Below are positions 24,696 to 32,000 of a stretch of 32,000 nucleotides of DNA, in pieces; position 1 is the first letter of the stretch; every line of letters begins with the position of its first letter. Under the pieces are notes generated by a model that ran no database searches, had not been told where the DNA came from, and saw only the letters and a list, made by a program, of their open reading frames with translations. The stretch spans positions 1,080,001-1,112,000 of the forward strand of contig NC_013926.1 of NCBI RefSeq assembly GCF_000025665.1, written 5' to 3'. Source of the stretch: Aciduliprofundum boonei T469. GTDB taxonomy: Archaea > Thermoplasmatota > Thermoplasmata > Thermoplasmatales > Aciduliprofundaceae. Position numbers and translations under genes: made by a program.

Positions 24696-25474
24696 ATGTC
24701 CATAACACTACTAACTTCATATCTTACATCGCTATCTTCCAATATTTTCAGGGTATATGGAAGCATCTCATGGGACACAAAAAGTATGGTAGATATACCA
24801 CGATAAGCTGCGTTTATTGCAGAGTTCACCGCTGCAAATTCAAAATCAATTTTTGCTATGTCTTTTATTGTAATATACGCCACTACCCCGCATACTCCAA
24901 TTTTTCTATTTTCTTTTTTTATCAACTCTTTTATCTTCTCTTTATTTACCTTCCTGCTTCCCCCATCAGAGATTTGCGGCATAACATAAACCTTGATATC
25001 TCCATAATTTATGTTCATTATTCCTCTTAAATTCTTAACTCCCAAATCTTCACCTTTCTTTGCATCCATGGAGGCAATACCCATAGAACTTGATTCTTTC
25101 CTGTAGGTGTATATATACCCATTTTCCATAAACAGCCCTACTTTATCTCCCTCTTTAATATCTTCACCCGCTATGGCTTCTGTAATTTTTATTTTTCCAA
25201 TAATTTTATTTGCCTCATGCACAAAATCTCCAATGTCCTTTAAAGATGCGTATAAAAATTCCATACCTGCTGGAGTAATTTTCCCATTCTTCAAAAACCC
25301 TGAAGATTCAAGGAGCTTCGAGTACTCAGATACTCCTTGGATAGTTATACCTACATCTGAAGCAATCTCTTTCAATTTTTTATTTCCCTTTAATATGGAA
25401 AGGAGTATCATCATCTCTGTTATCTTGCTTTTATCTCTTAGAATGCCCATAGATGAAGAAAGGGATGCAAACAT
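24689..25474 (-). CDS. Predicted transcriptional regulator: N-terminal winged HTH plus uncharacterised C-terminal domain (archaeal COG1497-like, tentative)
   Basis: ILLSILKGNKKLKEIASDVGITIQGVSEYSKLLESSGFLKNGKITPAGMEFL is a MarR/ArsR-like wHTH. The ~170-aa C-terminal part matches no family I can name. The start is uncertain: ATG 25474 or 25450. The track start 25525 lies inside the promoter palindrome. Confidence 0.6.
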   Translation of the reverse strand: MFASLSSSMGILRDKSKITEMMILLSILKGNKKLKEIASDVGITIQGVSEYSKLLESSGFLKNGKITPAGMEFLYASLKDIGDFVHEANKIIGKIKITEAIAGEDIKEGDKVGLFMENGYIYTYRKESSSMGIASMDAKKGEDLGVKNLRGIMNINYGDIKVYVMPQISDGGSRKVNKEKIKELIKKENRKIGVCGVVAYITIKDIAKIDFEFAAVNSAINAAYRGISTILFVSHEMLPYTLKILEDSDVRYEVSSVMDIQ

Positions 25475-25514
25475 ATATTTTTTGCTCACAAGCATTAAAA
25501 AATCAAATAAAATA

Positions 25515-25531
25515 AATATAATCATTATATT
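25515..25531. promoter_or_regulatory. 17-bp perfect palindrome AATATAATCATTATATT in the regulator / P-type ATPase divergent control region
   Basis: Read directly; the sequence is self-complementary around C25523. It lies 20 nt upstream of the ATPase ATG (25551) and upstream of the plausible regulator starts. It contains TATA-like sequence in both orientations. Confidence 0.5.
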
Positions 25532-25550
25532 ACCCTATCTGGTGATTATC

Positions 25551-27995
25551 ATGGATTCCAAAGATTTCAAATCAATGACAATTGAAGATACTTTTAGAGA
25601 ACTGCAGACATCAAGGAACGGGCTTACTACTGAGGAAGCTAAGAAAAGATTAGATAAATACGGATACAACGAGATTCCAGAGAAAAAAGTAAACCCCGTG
25701 ATAAAGTTTCTTTCATACTTCTGGGGCCCGATACCTTGGATGATTGAAACTGCCGCAATACTTAGCGCTTTGATACACCATTGGGCAGATTTCTGGATAA
25801 TAATCTCTCTTCTTTTAGTGAATGGAATTATAGGGTTTTGGCAAGAGAGCAAAGCACAAAATATAATAGAATTCCTAAAAAACAAATTGTCTCTGAAGGC
25901 AAGGGTTTTGAGAGATGGAAAATGGATTACCATTCCTGCAAGAGAGCTTGTGCCTGGAGACATCGTAAGAATAAGGATGGGTGATATTGTTCCAGCAGAT
26001 ATAAAGTTATTAGATGGCGAATATGTAAATGTTGATGAATCAGTGCTTACTGGAGAATCCCTAGCAGTAACAAAGAGGAAGGGAGAAATAATATACTCAG
26101 GATCTAATGTTAAAAGAGGTGAGATGACAGGAGTGGTTGTAGCCACAGGATTACACACCTACTTTGGTAAAACTGTACAATTAGTACAACTGGCAAAAAC
26201 AACTAGTAAGTATCAAAAGCTAGTCACAAAAATTGGAAATTATTTGATTCTACTAACCATATTCTTAGTGCTCGTAGTTACAATAGTCGAGCTTCATAGG
26301 GGCATGGATCCTCTTGAACTCACGAGATTCTCACTCGTTCTCGTAGTAGCTGCTATTCCCGCGGCATTACCAGCAGTACTTTCAGTAACAATGGCCATAG
26401 GTGCCTACGATTTAGCAAAAAGGCAAGCTATAGTGACAAAATTAGTTGCTATAGAAGAATTGGCAGGCGTAGATACTTTATGTGCCGATAAAACCGGAAC
26501 ATTGACACTTAATAGATTAACTGTGGGGGATGTAGTACCTTTAGGAAAGCATAAGAAAGAAGATGTGATTTTATACGGAGCCCTAGCATCTATAGAAGAA
26601 AACAAGGATCCAATTGACCTTGCAGTACTCAGGGCATTGAAAGATATGAAAATTGAGGGCGAGTATTCTAAATTCAAGCAAATAAAATTTACCCCATTTG
26701 ATCCTGTGATAAAGAGAACCGAGGCTGTAGTGGAGAAAGATGGAGAAAAATATGAAGTGGCTAAAGGAGCACCCCAAGTGATCCTTGAGCTTACTAAAGC
26801 TAATGAAGATACAAAGAAAAAAGTTGCTGAGATAGTGAATAGAAATGCAGAGCATGGATATAGAATGATAGCAGTGGCATTTAAAAAGGGAGAAACTTGG
26901 GAGCTTGTTGGATTAATACCCCTATTTGACCCACCTAGACCTGATGCAGCTGAAACGATAAAATTCCTGAAAGAAAATGGAATAAGAGTAAAGATGATAA
27001 CAGGAGATCATCTGGCAATAGCCCATGAAATTGCACAAAAACTCGGGATAGGAAAAAGGATATATCCTTACGATGTTTTGAAAGCTGCTCATCATTCAAA
27101 AAGAGTTGAGTTTATAGAAGAAGCAGATGGTTTTGCCCAAGTATTTCCAGAACATAAATTTACCATAGTCGAAACTCTCCAAAAAAATGGCCATACTGTA
27201 GCAATGACCGGGGATGGAGTAAATGATGCTCCTGCCCTAAAAAAAGCGGATGTGGGTATAGCAGTTGCTGGAGCTACCGATGCGGCTCGCGCAGCTGCAG
27301 GCATAGCATTATTGAAGGAGGGTATATCCGTTATAAAAGATGCAATAGTAGAATCTAGGAAAATATTCAAAAGGATGTACAGTTATGTTATATATCGCAT
27401 AACAGAAACAATCAGGGTTCTGTTTTTCATAACCGCAGCACTTTTGGTTTATAATTTCTATCCAATTACTCCTGTGTTAATCATACTATTAGCACTTCTA
27501 AACGACATACCAATTCTCACTATTGCATACGACAATGTTAAAATTGATAAAAAGCCTAGTAAATGGGAGTTACATAAGATTTTAACAGTATCCACAGTAC
27601 TTGGAACAATGGGTGTAATTGAAACATTCTTAATGCTATGGATAGCTATAAACTACTTTGGGTTATCTCCAACAAAGACTCCTGCCATATTACAAACACT
27701 AATTTTCCTTAAACTGGCAGTGGCTGGACATCTCACTATATTCGTAACAAGGACAAGAGGACCTCTGTGGAGCATAAGACCCGGAAATGGCCTACTTTGG
27801 AGTGCTGTAGGAACAAAAGCGATTGCTACAATAATTGCAATATTTGGATTTGGTCTCGCAGGAGCTATACCATTATGGATGGCAGGATTCGTGTGGATAT
27901 ACTGCCTAATTTGGTTCTTCATTGAAGATGCCACCAAGCTTGCCACATACAAAGCTATGGAAGGAGAAAGATTGTTCAGGAAAAGTTTCTTCTAA
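25551..27995 (+). CDS. P-type ATPase, plasma-membrane H+-efflux (type IIIA)-like
   Basis: 814 aa from ATG 25551, with a GGTGAT SD at 25541-25546. The N-terminus GLTTEEAKKRLDKYGYNEIPEKKVNPVIKFLSYFWGPIPWMIE resembles plant/fungal and M. jannaschii H+-ATPases. Motifs present are TGES (VLTGESLAV), CADKTGTLT, MITGDH, TGDGVNDAPALKKADVGIAV and the TM6 LLNDIPILTIAYD Asp. The track ORF (25107) is over-extended by 148 codons antisense to the regulator gene. Confidence 0.92.
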   Translation: MDSKDFKSMTIEDTFRELQTSRNGLTTEEAKKRLDKYGYNEIPEKKVNPVIKFLSYFWGPIPWMIETAAILSALIHHWADFWIIISLLLVNGIIGFWQESKAQNIIEFLKNKLSLKARVLRDGKWITIPARELVPGDIVRIRMGDIVPADIKLLDGEYVNVDESVLTGESLAVTKRKGEIIYSGSNVKRGEMTGVVVATGLHTYFGKTVQLVQLAKTTSKYQKLVTKIGNYLILLTIFLVLVVTIVELHRGMDPLELTRFSLVLVVAAIPAALPAVLSVTMAIGAYDLAKRQAIVTKLVAIEELAGVDTLCADKTGTLTLNRLTVGDVVPLGKHKKEDVILYGALASIEENKDPIDLAVLRALKDMKIEGEYSKFKQIKFTPFDPVIKRTEAVVEKDGEKYEVAKGAPQVILELTKANEDTKKKVAEIVNRNAEHGYRMIAVAFKKGETWELVGLIPLFDPPRPDAAETIKFLKENGIRVKMITGDHLAIAHEIAQKLGIGKRIYPYDVLKAAHHSKRVEFIEEADGFAQVFPEHKFTIVETLQKNGHTVAMTGDGVNDAPALKKADVGIAVAGATDAARAAAGIALLKEGISVIKDAIVESRKIFKRMYSYVIYRITETIRVLFFITAALLVYNFYPITPVLIILLALLNDIPILTIAYDNVKIDKKPSKWELHKILTVSTVLGTMGVIETFLMLWIAINYFGLSPTKTPAILQTLIFLKLAVAGHLTIFVTRTRGPLWSIRPGNGLLWSAVGTKAIATIIAIFGFGLAGAIPLWMAGFVWIYCLIWFFIEDATKLATYKAMEGERLFRKSFF

Positions 27996-27998
27996 ATA

Positions 27999-28013
27999 TT
28001 TCGTTTATTTTTT
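27999..28013 (+). terminator. Oligo-T putative terminator after the P-type ATPase
   Basis: tttcgtttatttttt begins 4 nt after the TAA at 27993-27995. Confidence 0.45.
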
Positions 28014-28050
28014 AATAAAGTTTATATTTAGATTTTCCATTCCCACCCTG

Positions 28051-28530
28051 ATGAAGAAAATTCTGTTATACATAACTACCGCAATCTTGCTCATTGCAAA
28101 GTATATTCAAATGGCTGGATATTCTGTAAATTATAACGCGGATATGTGGGTACTATTTTTAACCATTATATCAGGATCTCTACTCATATTTTTAGCTACA
28201 AAACTCTCGGGGGAAAAATGGAGAGCCTCTATAATTATAATATCTATCCTGGCAATTTTATTTATTGTAGCATGGTATTTATACCCAGACCCTTGGCTAG
28301 ATTTTGCCTGGAGTTTACTTATATTTACTTCATTATTCTTGGCATTTTACAAAGCTTCACATTATGAAATAAAGAAATTTGCCTCATTTAGCTATGCATT
28401 TATGATAATTTACATACTAACCGAGAGCATATCCATATGGAGAAACGATATATATCCACCATTCTTTTTCGTATTCTTGACATTCATAGTACCAATGTAC
28501 TTTGTAGGAATAAAAAGAGTGGGAGAATAA
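28051..28530 (+). CDS. Hypothetical polytopic membrane protein
   Basis: 159 aa from ATG 28051, with about 5 hydrophobic helices. A TATA-like AAGTTTATATTTA lies about 25 nt upstream, so the transcript is probably leaderless. No family was recognised. The track start 27922 overlaps the ATPase 3' end. Confidence 0.55.
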   Translation: MKKILLYITTAILLIAKYIQMAGYSVNYNADMWVLFLTIISGSLLIFLATKLSGEKWRASIIIISILAILFIVAWYLYPDPWLDFAWSLLIFTSLFLAFYKASHYEIKKFASFSYAFMIIYILTESISIWRNDIYPPFFFVFLTFIVPMYFVGIKRVGE

Positions 28531-28534
28531 AATA

Positions 28535-30871
28535 TCATTGATCGCATTTACCTGTTGGGCAAGCTGGATCAAATGTACTATCTACTTTTAGATACTTTTC
28601 CTCAACTTTCACATTAAAGGTTAGATCAATCAAAGCATTTGCTGAAGATTCTTTCTTCTTCTCCTCTTTGATTTCTTGCTTTGTTGTCTTTGTACCCTTA
28701 TAGATGACCTGTACATTCTTGCTACCATCTCTGTAAATTGTTATGCCCTTACATTTTAGTTTCCAAGCTAATATGTATGTATCTTCTACATCGGATATTG
28801 ATGCATCATGCCTTAAATTCACAGTCTTGCTAACTGCATTATCCACATATTTTTGAAATGCTGCTTGCATCCGTACATGCCACACTGGATCTATATCGTG
28901 AGCTGTTCTAAACAACCTTTTTATATTTTCAGGCACATCGTCAATATGCTGCACACTTCCAGTTTCTGCCACTTTATGCATAAGCTCCTCAGAGTATAAT
29001 CCTTCCCTCTTCATAATTTCTTCAAAGAGCGGATTTACCTCTAATAACTCTTGTCCATCCAGTACTCTACGAATAAATGCAATGGCGAACAGGGGTTCAA
29101 TGCTGGAAGAAGTGCCTGCAATTATGCTTATCGTGCCTGTAGGTGCTATCGTGGTAGTGGTTGCATTTCTTATCTTCATTCCCTTCTTCCACCACTCACT
29201 ACCCTCCCACGCCGGGAACACTCCTCTCTTCTCCGCAAGTTTCATACTCGCCCTGTGCGATTCCTCATTTATGAACTTCATTACCTTCTCCGCAAGCTCT
29301 ACTGCCTCTTCACTATCGTACGGTATGCCCAACTTTATCAGCATCTCCGCCCAGCCCATAACTCCGAGACCTATCTTCCTTGATCTTCTCGTCATCTCAG
29401 CCACTTGAGGTAGGGGATAATTGTTTGCATCAATTACATTATCCATAAAATGCACTGCTGTGTGAACAGTATCCCTTAAATCATCCCATTTTATCTTTCC
29501 GTTCTCGACGAAGAGCGATAGATTTATGCTGCCGAGATTGCAGGACTCGTATGGCAATAAGGGCTGCTCTCCGCAGGGATTCGTGCTTTCTATCTCTCCC
29601 AGATGCTTTACAGGATGTTTTCTATTCACCTCATCTATGAATATCACTCCCGGGTCTCCTGTCTTCCACGCCTGCGTTATTATCAGGTCCCAAACTTGCC
29701 TTGCTTTGATTCTCTTCACTTCCTCCCCATTTCTGGGATTGCGAAGTGGATAGTAATCATCTCTGAGCAACGCATCCATAAACTCGTCCGTCACCGCCAC
29801 GCTTATGTTGAAATTGCTAAGCACTTTATTCTCAGAATCCTTGGAGGTGATGAACTCCAGTATGTCCGGATGGTGCACACTTAGCACCCCCATATTCGCT
29901 CCCCTTCTCTTTCCCCCCTGCTTTATCACATCTGTGGCTACATCGAACACACGCATGAAAGATAGTGGCCCCGAGGCCACTCCCATAGTGCTAGCCACTA
30001 TATCTCCCTTCGGCCTCAAGCGTGAGAAGGAGAATCCTGTGCCTCCTCCACTCTTGTGTATCATCGCCGCATACTTCACCGCATTGAATATGCCCTCTAT
30101 GCTATCCGGTACCGGCAAAACAAAGCACGCACTTAGCTGACCTAATTTTGTGTTCGCATTCATCAATGTTGGGGAGTTTGGCACATATTTCCTATGGAGC
30201 ATCACTTCTGCAAATTTATTTTTCACTCTCTCTATTTTATCCCATTTTGATTTTAAAGAATCTAGCACATATGAAAAATCAACCTTCATATAGCCCTCTT
30301 TTGAGAAATATGTAAATGCTCTCTTGAGCATGTTGAACTCCCATATACTCAGAAATTCAGGTTTCTCCTCTACATCTATCTTTCTCTCTTTCTGTTTACC
30401 CTCTTTATCGTAAATATCATCCTCATAGAATATATCAACAAGGGCAAGATATCTAGCAGTTCTCTCAAACATCTGTCTTGGGGTTTCAATAACATTACCA
30501 TTTTCATCTTTAAGCAAGTATCTTGCTTCAAGCACTTTTATTGCATTCACAGTTAATTTGAGATCATCTTGAACGCCTATAACCTTCTTTGCCTGCCTTA
30601 TCTTTCTCCTCTCTTCCCTATACAAAATATATGATTTTGCTACATTGATGTAGCCCTCAAGCATAAGGGTCTCTTCTACAATGTCCTGTATCTTCTCAAC
30701 CGTGATTCTTTCCACCCTACTCTCCTTTATTTTTTCTACAACCTTCCGTGTTACTCTCTGTGCATCCTCTTCGCCGTAGCCCCCTATAGAATTCATTGCT
30801 TTCATTATCGCTTGAAATATCTTATCTTCGCTAAAGTCCACTATCCTACCATCCCTTTTTATAACTTTCAT
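28535..30871 (-). CDS. nrdJ: Adenosylcobalamin-dependent (class II) ribonucleotide reductase with N-terminal ATP-cone
   Basis: It has an ATP-cone start MKVIKRDGRIVDFSEDKI, PNSPTLMNA, the active-site TNPCGEQPL, and a C-terminal redox pair CPTGKCDQ. Its size and colinearity indicate no intein. The start is set at ATG 30871, with a GGTGAGGT SD 3 nt upstream. The track ATG 30925 would lie upstream of the predicted transcription start. Confidence 0.93.
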   Translation of the reverse strand: MKVIKRDGRIVDFSEDKIFQAIMKAMNSIGGYGEEDAQRVTRKVVEKIKESRVERITVEKIQDIVEETLMLEGYINVAKSYILYREERRKIRQAKKVIGVQDDLKLTVNAIKVLEARYLLKDENGNVIETPRQMFERTARYLALVDIFYEDDIYDKEGKQKERKIDVEEKPEFLSIWEFNMLKRAFTYFSKEGYMKVDFSYVLDSLKSKWDKIERVKNKFAEVMLHRKYVPNSPTLMNANTKLGQLSACFVLPVPDSIEGIFNAVKYAAMIHKSGGGTGFSFSRLRPKGDIVASTMGVASGPLSFMRVFDVATDVIKQGGKRRGANMGVLSVHHPDILEFITSKDSENKVLSNFNISVAVTDEFMDALLRDDYYPLRNPRNGEEVKRIKARQVWDLIITQAWKTGDPGVIFIDEVNRKHPVKHLGEIESTNPCGEQPLLPYESCNLGSINLSLFVENGKIKWDDLRDTVHTAVHFMDNVIDANNYPLPQVAEMTRRSRKIGLGVMGWAEMLIKLGIPYDSEEAVELAEKVMKFINEESHRASMKLAEKRGVFPAWEGSEWWKKGMKIRNATTTTIAPTGTISIIAGTSSSIEPLFAIAFIRRVLDGQELLEVNPLFEEIMKREGLYSEELMHKVAETGSVQHIDDVPENIKRLFRTAHDIDPVWHVRMQAAFQKYVDNAVSKTVNLRHDASISDVEDTYILAWKLKCKGITIYRDGSKNVQVIYKGTKTTKQEIKEEKKKESSANALIDLTFNVKVEEKYLKVDSTFDPACPTGKCDQ

Positions 30872-30927
30872 TACCTCACCCTCTTCTGACATACTTCTTT
30901 TGCGGGTAATGAAAACTATACACATTT

Positions 30928-30939
30928 GAATTTATATCC
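30928..30939 (-). promoter_or_regulatory. TATA-like box (GGATATAAATTC) of nrdJ
   Basis: It is about 60 nt upstream of ATG 30871 and implies a ~35-nt leader carrying the SD. Confidence 0.45.
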
Positions 30940-30957
30940 TTTTTTTAGAACATATTC

Positions 30958-30973
30958 CATGCAGCATTGCATG
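30958..30973. promoter_or_regulatory. Inverted repeat CATGCA-GCAT-TGCATG upstream of the nrdJ TATA box
   Basis: Read directly. It has 6-bp arms and a 4-nt spacer, flanked by AACA...TGTT, and lies about 20-45 nt upstream of the TATA-like element on the nrdJ strand. Confidence 0.3.
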
Positions 30974-31021
30974 TGTTATGGATGATTAACATGGTAAAAA
31001 AGTTGGTAAAGAATTTGATAA

Positions 31022-31738
31022 TCAAAACATGTTGAAAGCCCTACGATACTCATCTAAGTTTCCAATATCGAGCCAAGTGCCTTTAAATGAAAAAGCATAC
31101 ACTGGAATTTTAGTTATTAGCCAAGAAATAAAGTACCCGGGGCTATCTGGATTGTTCTTATTATCCAAGTACTCTTTTAGCAGCCCATATACCTTTTTAG
31201 GAAGCGCGTAGCAGGCGGTTGCAATTAGAGTTGATTCTGGGTTCTCAGGCTTTTCTACGAATTTTGTTATCTTTCCTTGGTTGTCTACGCTTACAACCCC
31301 ATATCTTCTCGCCTTATCTTTATCCTCTACATCATAAACTGCCACTATTGGACTTTTTCTATCCTCATAAAATTTCAAAAATTGTGATAGAGAGAAATCA
31401 AAATAGTTGTCTCCTGCCACGATAAGATAATCATCCTGCCCATATTTATCCATAGCATACTTTATACCCTTTATGGCTCCAAATTTTTCTTCTTCTTTTC
31501 TCGTTGGCTCTATTAAAAGAGATATATCATCATTTCTGCATTTAATCCAGTATCTAAACTGCCTTTCATAATAACTGTTTGTGGACACAATGATTTCATC
31601 AATGCCTGCATTTTTTATATTATCCACGATCCAATCAATGATCAATCTATCTCCCACAGGCAATAACGGCTTGGCTATGAAATCAGTTATAGGTGCCAAT
31701 CTCCTTGCAAAGCCACCCGCTAATATCAAAGCTTTCAT
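31022..31738 (-). CDS. Sugar-phosphate nucleotidyltransferase (glucose-1-phosphate thymidylyl/uridylyltransferase-like)
   Basis: 238 aa. MKALILAGGFARRLAPITDFIAKPLLPVGDR matches the LAGGxGxRLxPxTxxxPKPLxPV signature. Also IVAGDNYFD and VEKPENP. The ATG overlaps the upstream gene's stop as ATGA (31735-31738). Confidence 0.85.
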   Translation of the reverse strand: MKALILAGGFARRLAPITDFIAKPLLPVGDRLIIDWIVDNIKNAGIDEIIVSTNSYYERQFRYWIKCRNDDISLLIEPTRKEEEKFGAIKGIKYAMDKYGQDDYLIVAGDNYFDFSLSQFLKFYEDRKSPIVAVYDVEDKDKARRYGVVSVDNQGKITKFVEKPENPESTLIATACYALPKKVYGLLKEYLDNKNNPDSPGYFISWLITKIPVYAFSFKGTWLDIGNLDEYRRAFNMF

Positions 31739-32000
31739 AGACCCTTATTATTTTCCCTCATTTTATTTTTTCTCTTAAGTATATTATCCACTATTTTCTC
31801 CGCAGAGCCAATGTAATTTTTCGGGTTTAGGAGCTCTTCTATTTTTCCTTCTAAGATAGGACGAAGCTCATTATCTTTCATTAAATTTTCTCTGAACTTT
31901 CCAGGCTGCATTGAAATCTGGCGGAGTTTCTCATGGGCATCCTGCCTACTCCAGCCATTTTTGACAAGGAAAATTATTATTGCCTCTGCCATAACCTCCT
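31735..32000 (-). CDS. purB: Adenylosuccinate lyase, C-terminal part (N-terminus beyond the window)
   Basis: (EV)MAEAIIIFLVKNGWSRQDAHEKLRQISMQ...LRPILEGKIEELLNPKNYIGSAEKIVDNIL follows the PurB C-terminal domain pattern (vm..L...G..R..AHE..R ... l...P..YiG.a...v). The reading frame remains open to position 32000. Confidence 0.72.
   Translation of the reverse strand, partial: EVMAEAIIIFLVKNGWSRQDAHEKLRQISMQPGKFRENLMKDNELRPILEGKIEELLNPKNYIGSAEKIVDNILKRKNKMRENNKGL

Noticed and set aside
25107-25550. A 148-codon N-terminal extension of the P-type ATPase ORF (962 aa in the track)
   Set aside because: The extension is fully antisense to the wHTH regulator gene and has shadow-ORF composition. It precedes a GGTGAT SD and an ATG at 25551, where the conserved P-type ATPase N-terminus begins.
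4154-26158. Long antisense ORFs inside well-supported genes (e.g. 4154-4609, 6199-6693, 8635-9000, 15311-15793, 24026-24514, 25535-26158)
   Set aside because: All are embedded opposite strongly supported CDSs and lack recognisable motifs. They have low-complexity S/P/I/F-rich sequence, consistent with codon-bias shadows rather than overlapping genes.
28535-30871. Inteins in nrdJ (also considered for the thermosome)
   Set aside because: The protein lengths (778 aa and 539 aa) and uninterrupted conserved motifs are colinear with intein-free homologues. No Cys/Ser-...-HN splice junction blocks were seen.
2374-30925. Over-extended starts of several track ORFs (2481, 5771, 5382, 14742, 17870, 21299, 22674, 23682, 25525, 27922, 30925)
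   Set aside because: In each case a downstream ATG is preceded by a GGTGA/GGAGG-type SD or coincides with the conserved family N-terminus. The extension overlaps a neighbouring gene or promoter. These are start-site refinements, not novel N-terminal domains.
30872-30927. A cobalamin riboswitch in the nrdJ leader
   Set aside because: The predicted leader is only about 35 nt, far too short for a B12 riboswitch (about 200 nt). No conserved B12-box-like sequence was seen.
31990-32000. AGGAGGTTATG at the window edge, suggesting a standalone 85-aa gene
   Set aside because: The frame stays open upstream to the window end. The sequence aligns in pattern with the C-terminal domain of full-length adenylosuccinate lyase, so the ATG is most likely an internal Met. 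This cannot be resolved without sequence beyond 32000.
1-32000. CRISPR arrays, tRNA/rRNA genes, IS elements, integrases and toxin-antitoxin or defence islands
   Set aside because: Every intergenic spacer is 150 bp or shorter and A/T-rich. I saw no GC-rich structured RNA-like segments, no repeat-spacer periodicity, and no transposase, integrase or cas-like ORFs in any frame.

Overview
Densely packed, AT-rich (by eye) archaeal chromosomal segment with about 35 protein-coding genes and very little non-coding DNA. Archaeal origin is supported by a thermosome, A/V-type ATPase subunit D, aIF2-alpha, Nop10, ribosomal proteins L44e and S27e, an NMD3 homologue and a PAC2-type proteasome assembly chaperone. 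It is also supported by GGTGAT/GGAGGTG Shine-Dalgarno motifs and A/T-rich TATA-like boxes about 25-35 nt upstream of start codons. The gene content includes prolyl oligopeptidase, fused formimidoyltransferase-cyclodeaminase, a type IIIA-like H+ P-type ATPase, class II RNR, and PiT with its DUF47 partner. This would fit a peptide-fermenting euryarchaeon such as a Thermoplasmata/DHVE2-like lineage, but that is inference I cannot verify here. I recognised no rRNA, tRNA, CRISPR array, transposase, integrase or obvious defence island, so most of the window is housekeeping. I corrected several over-extended ORF-track starts using conserved N-termini and SD motifs, and added two genes the track misses: an edge-truncated ABC ATPase and a 53-codon tail-anchored membrane ORF. 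The best candidates for undescribed biology are as follows. (1) A 532-aa B12-binding-like/radical SAM protein of unassigned function, convergent with a TraB-family gene. (2) A second orphan radical SAM enzyme. (3) A wHTH regulator and H+-ATPase divergent pair that share a 17-bp perfect palindrome. (4) An NMD3-Nudix translationally coupled pair inside a long co-directional array. (5) A cysteine-free AlaX whose second zinc motif reads DGGTH. (6) Several short intergenic repeat or palindrome elements upstream of padR, purM, thermosome and nrdJ that look like operators. None of these is proven, and all need database searches or experiments that I cannot run.
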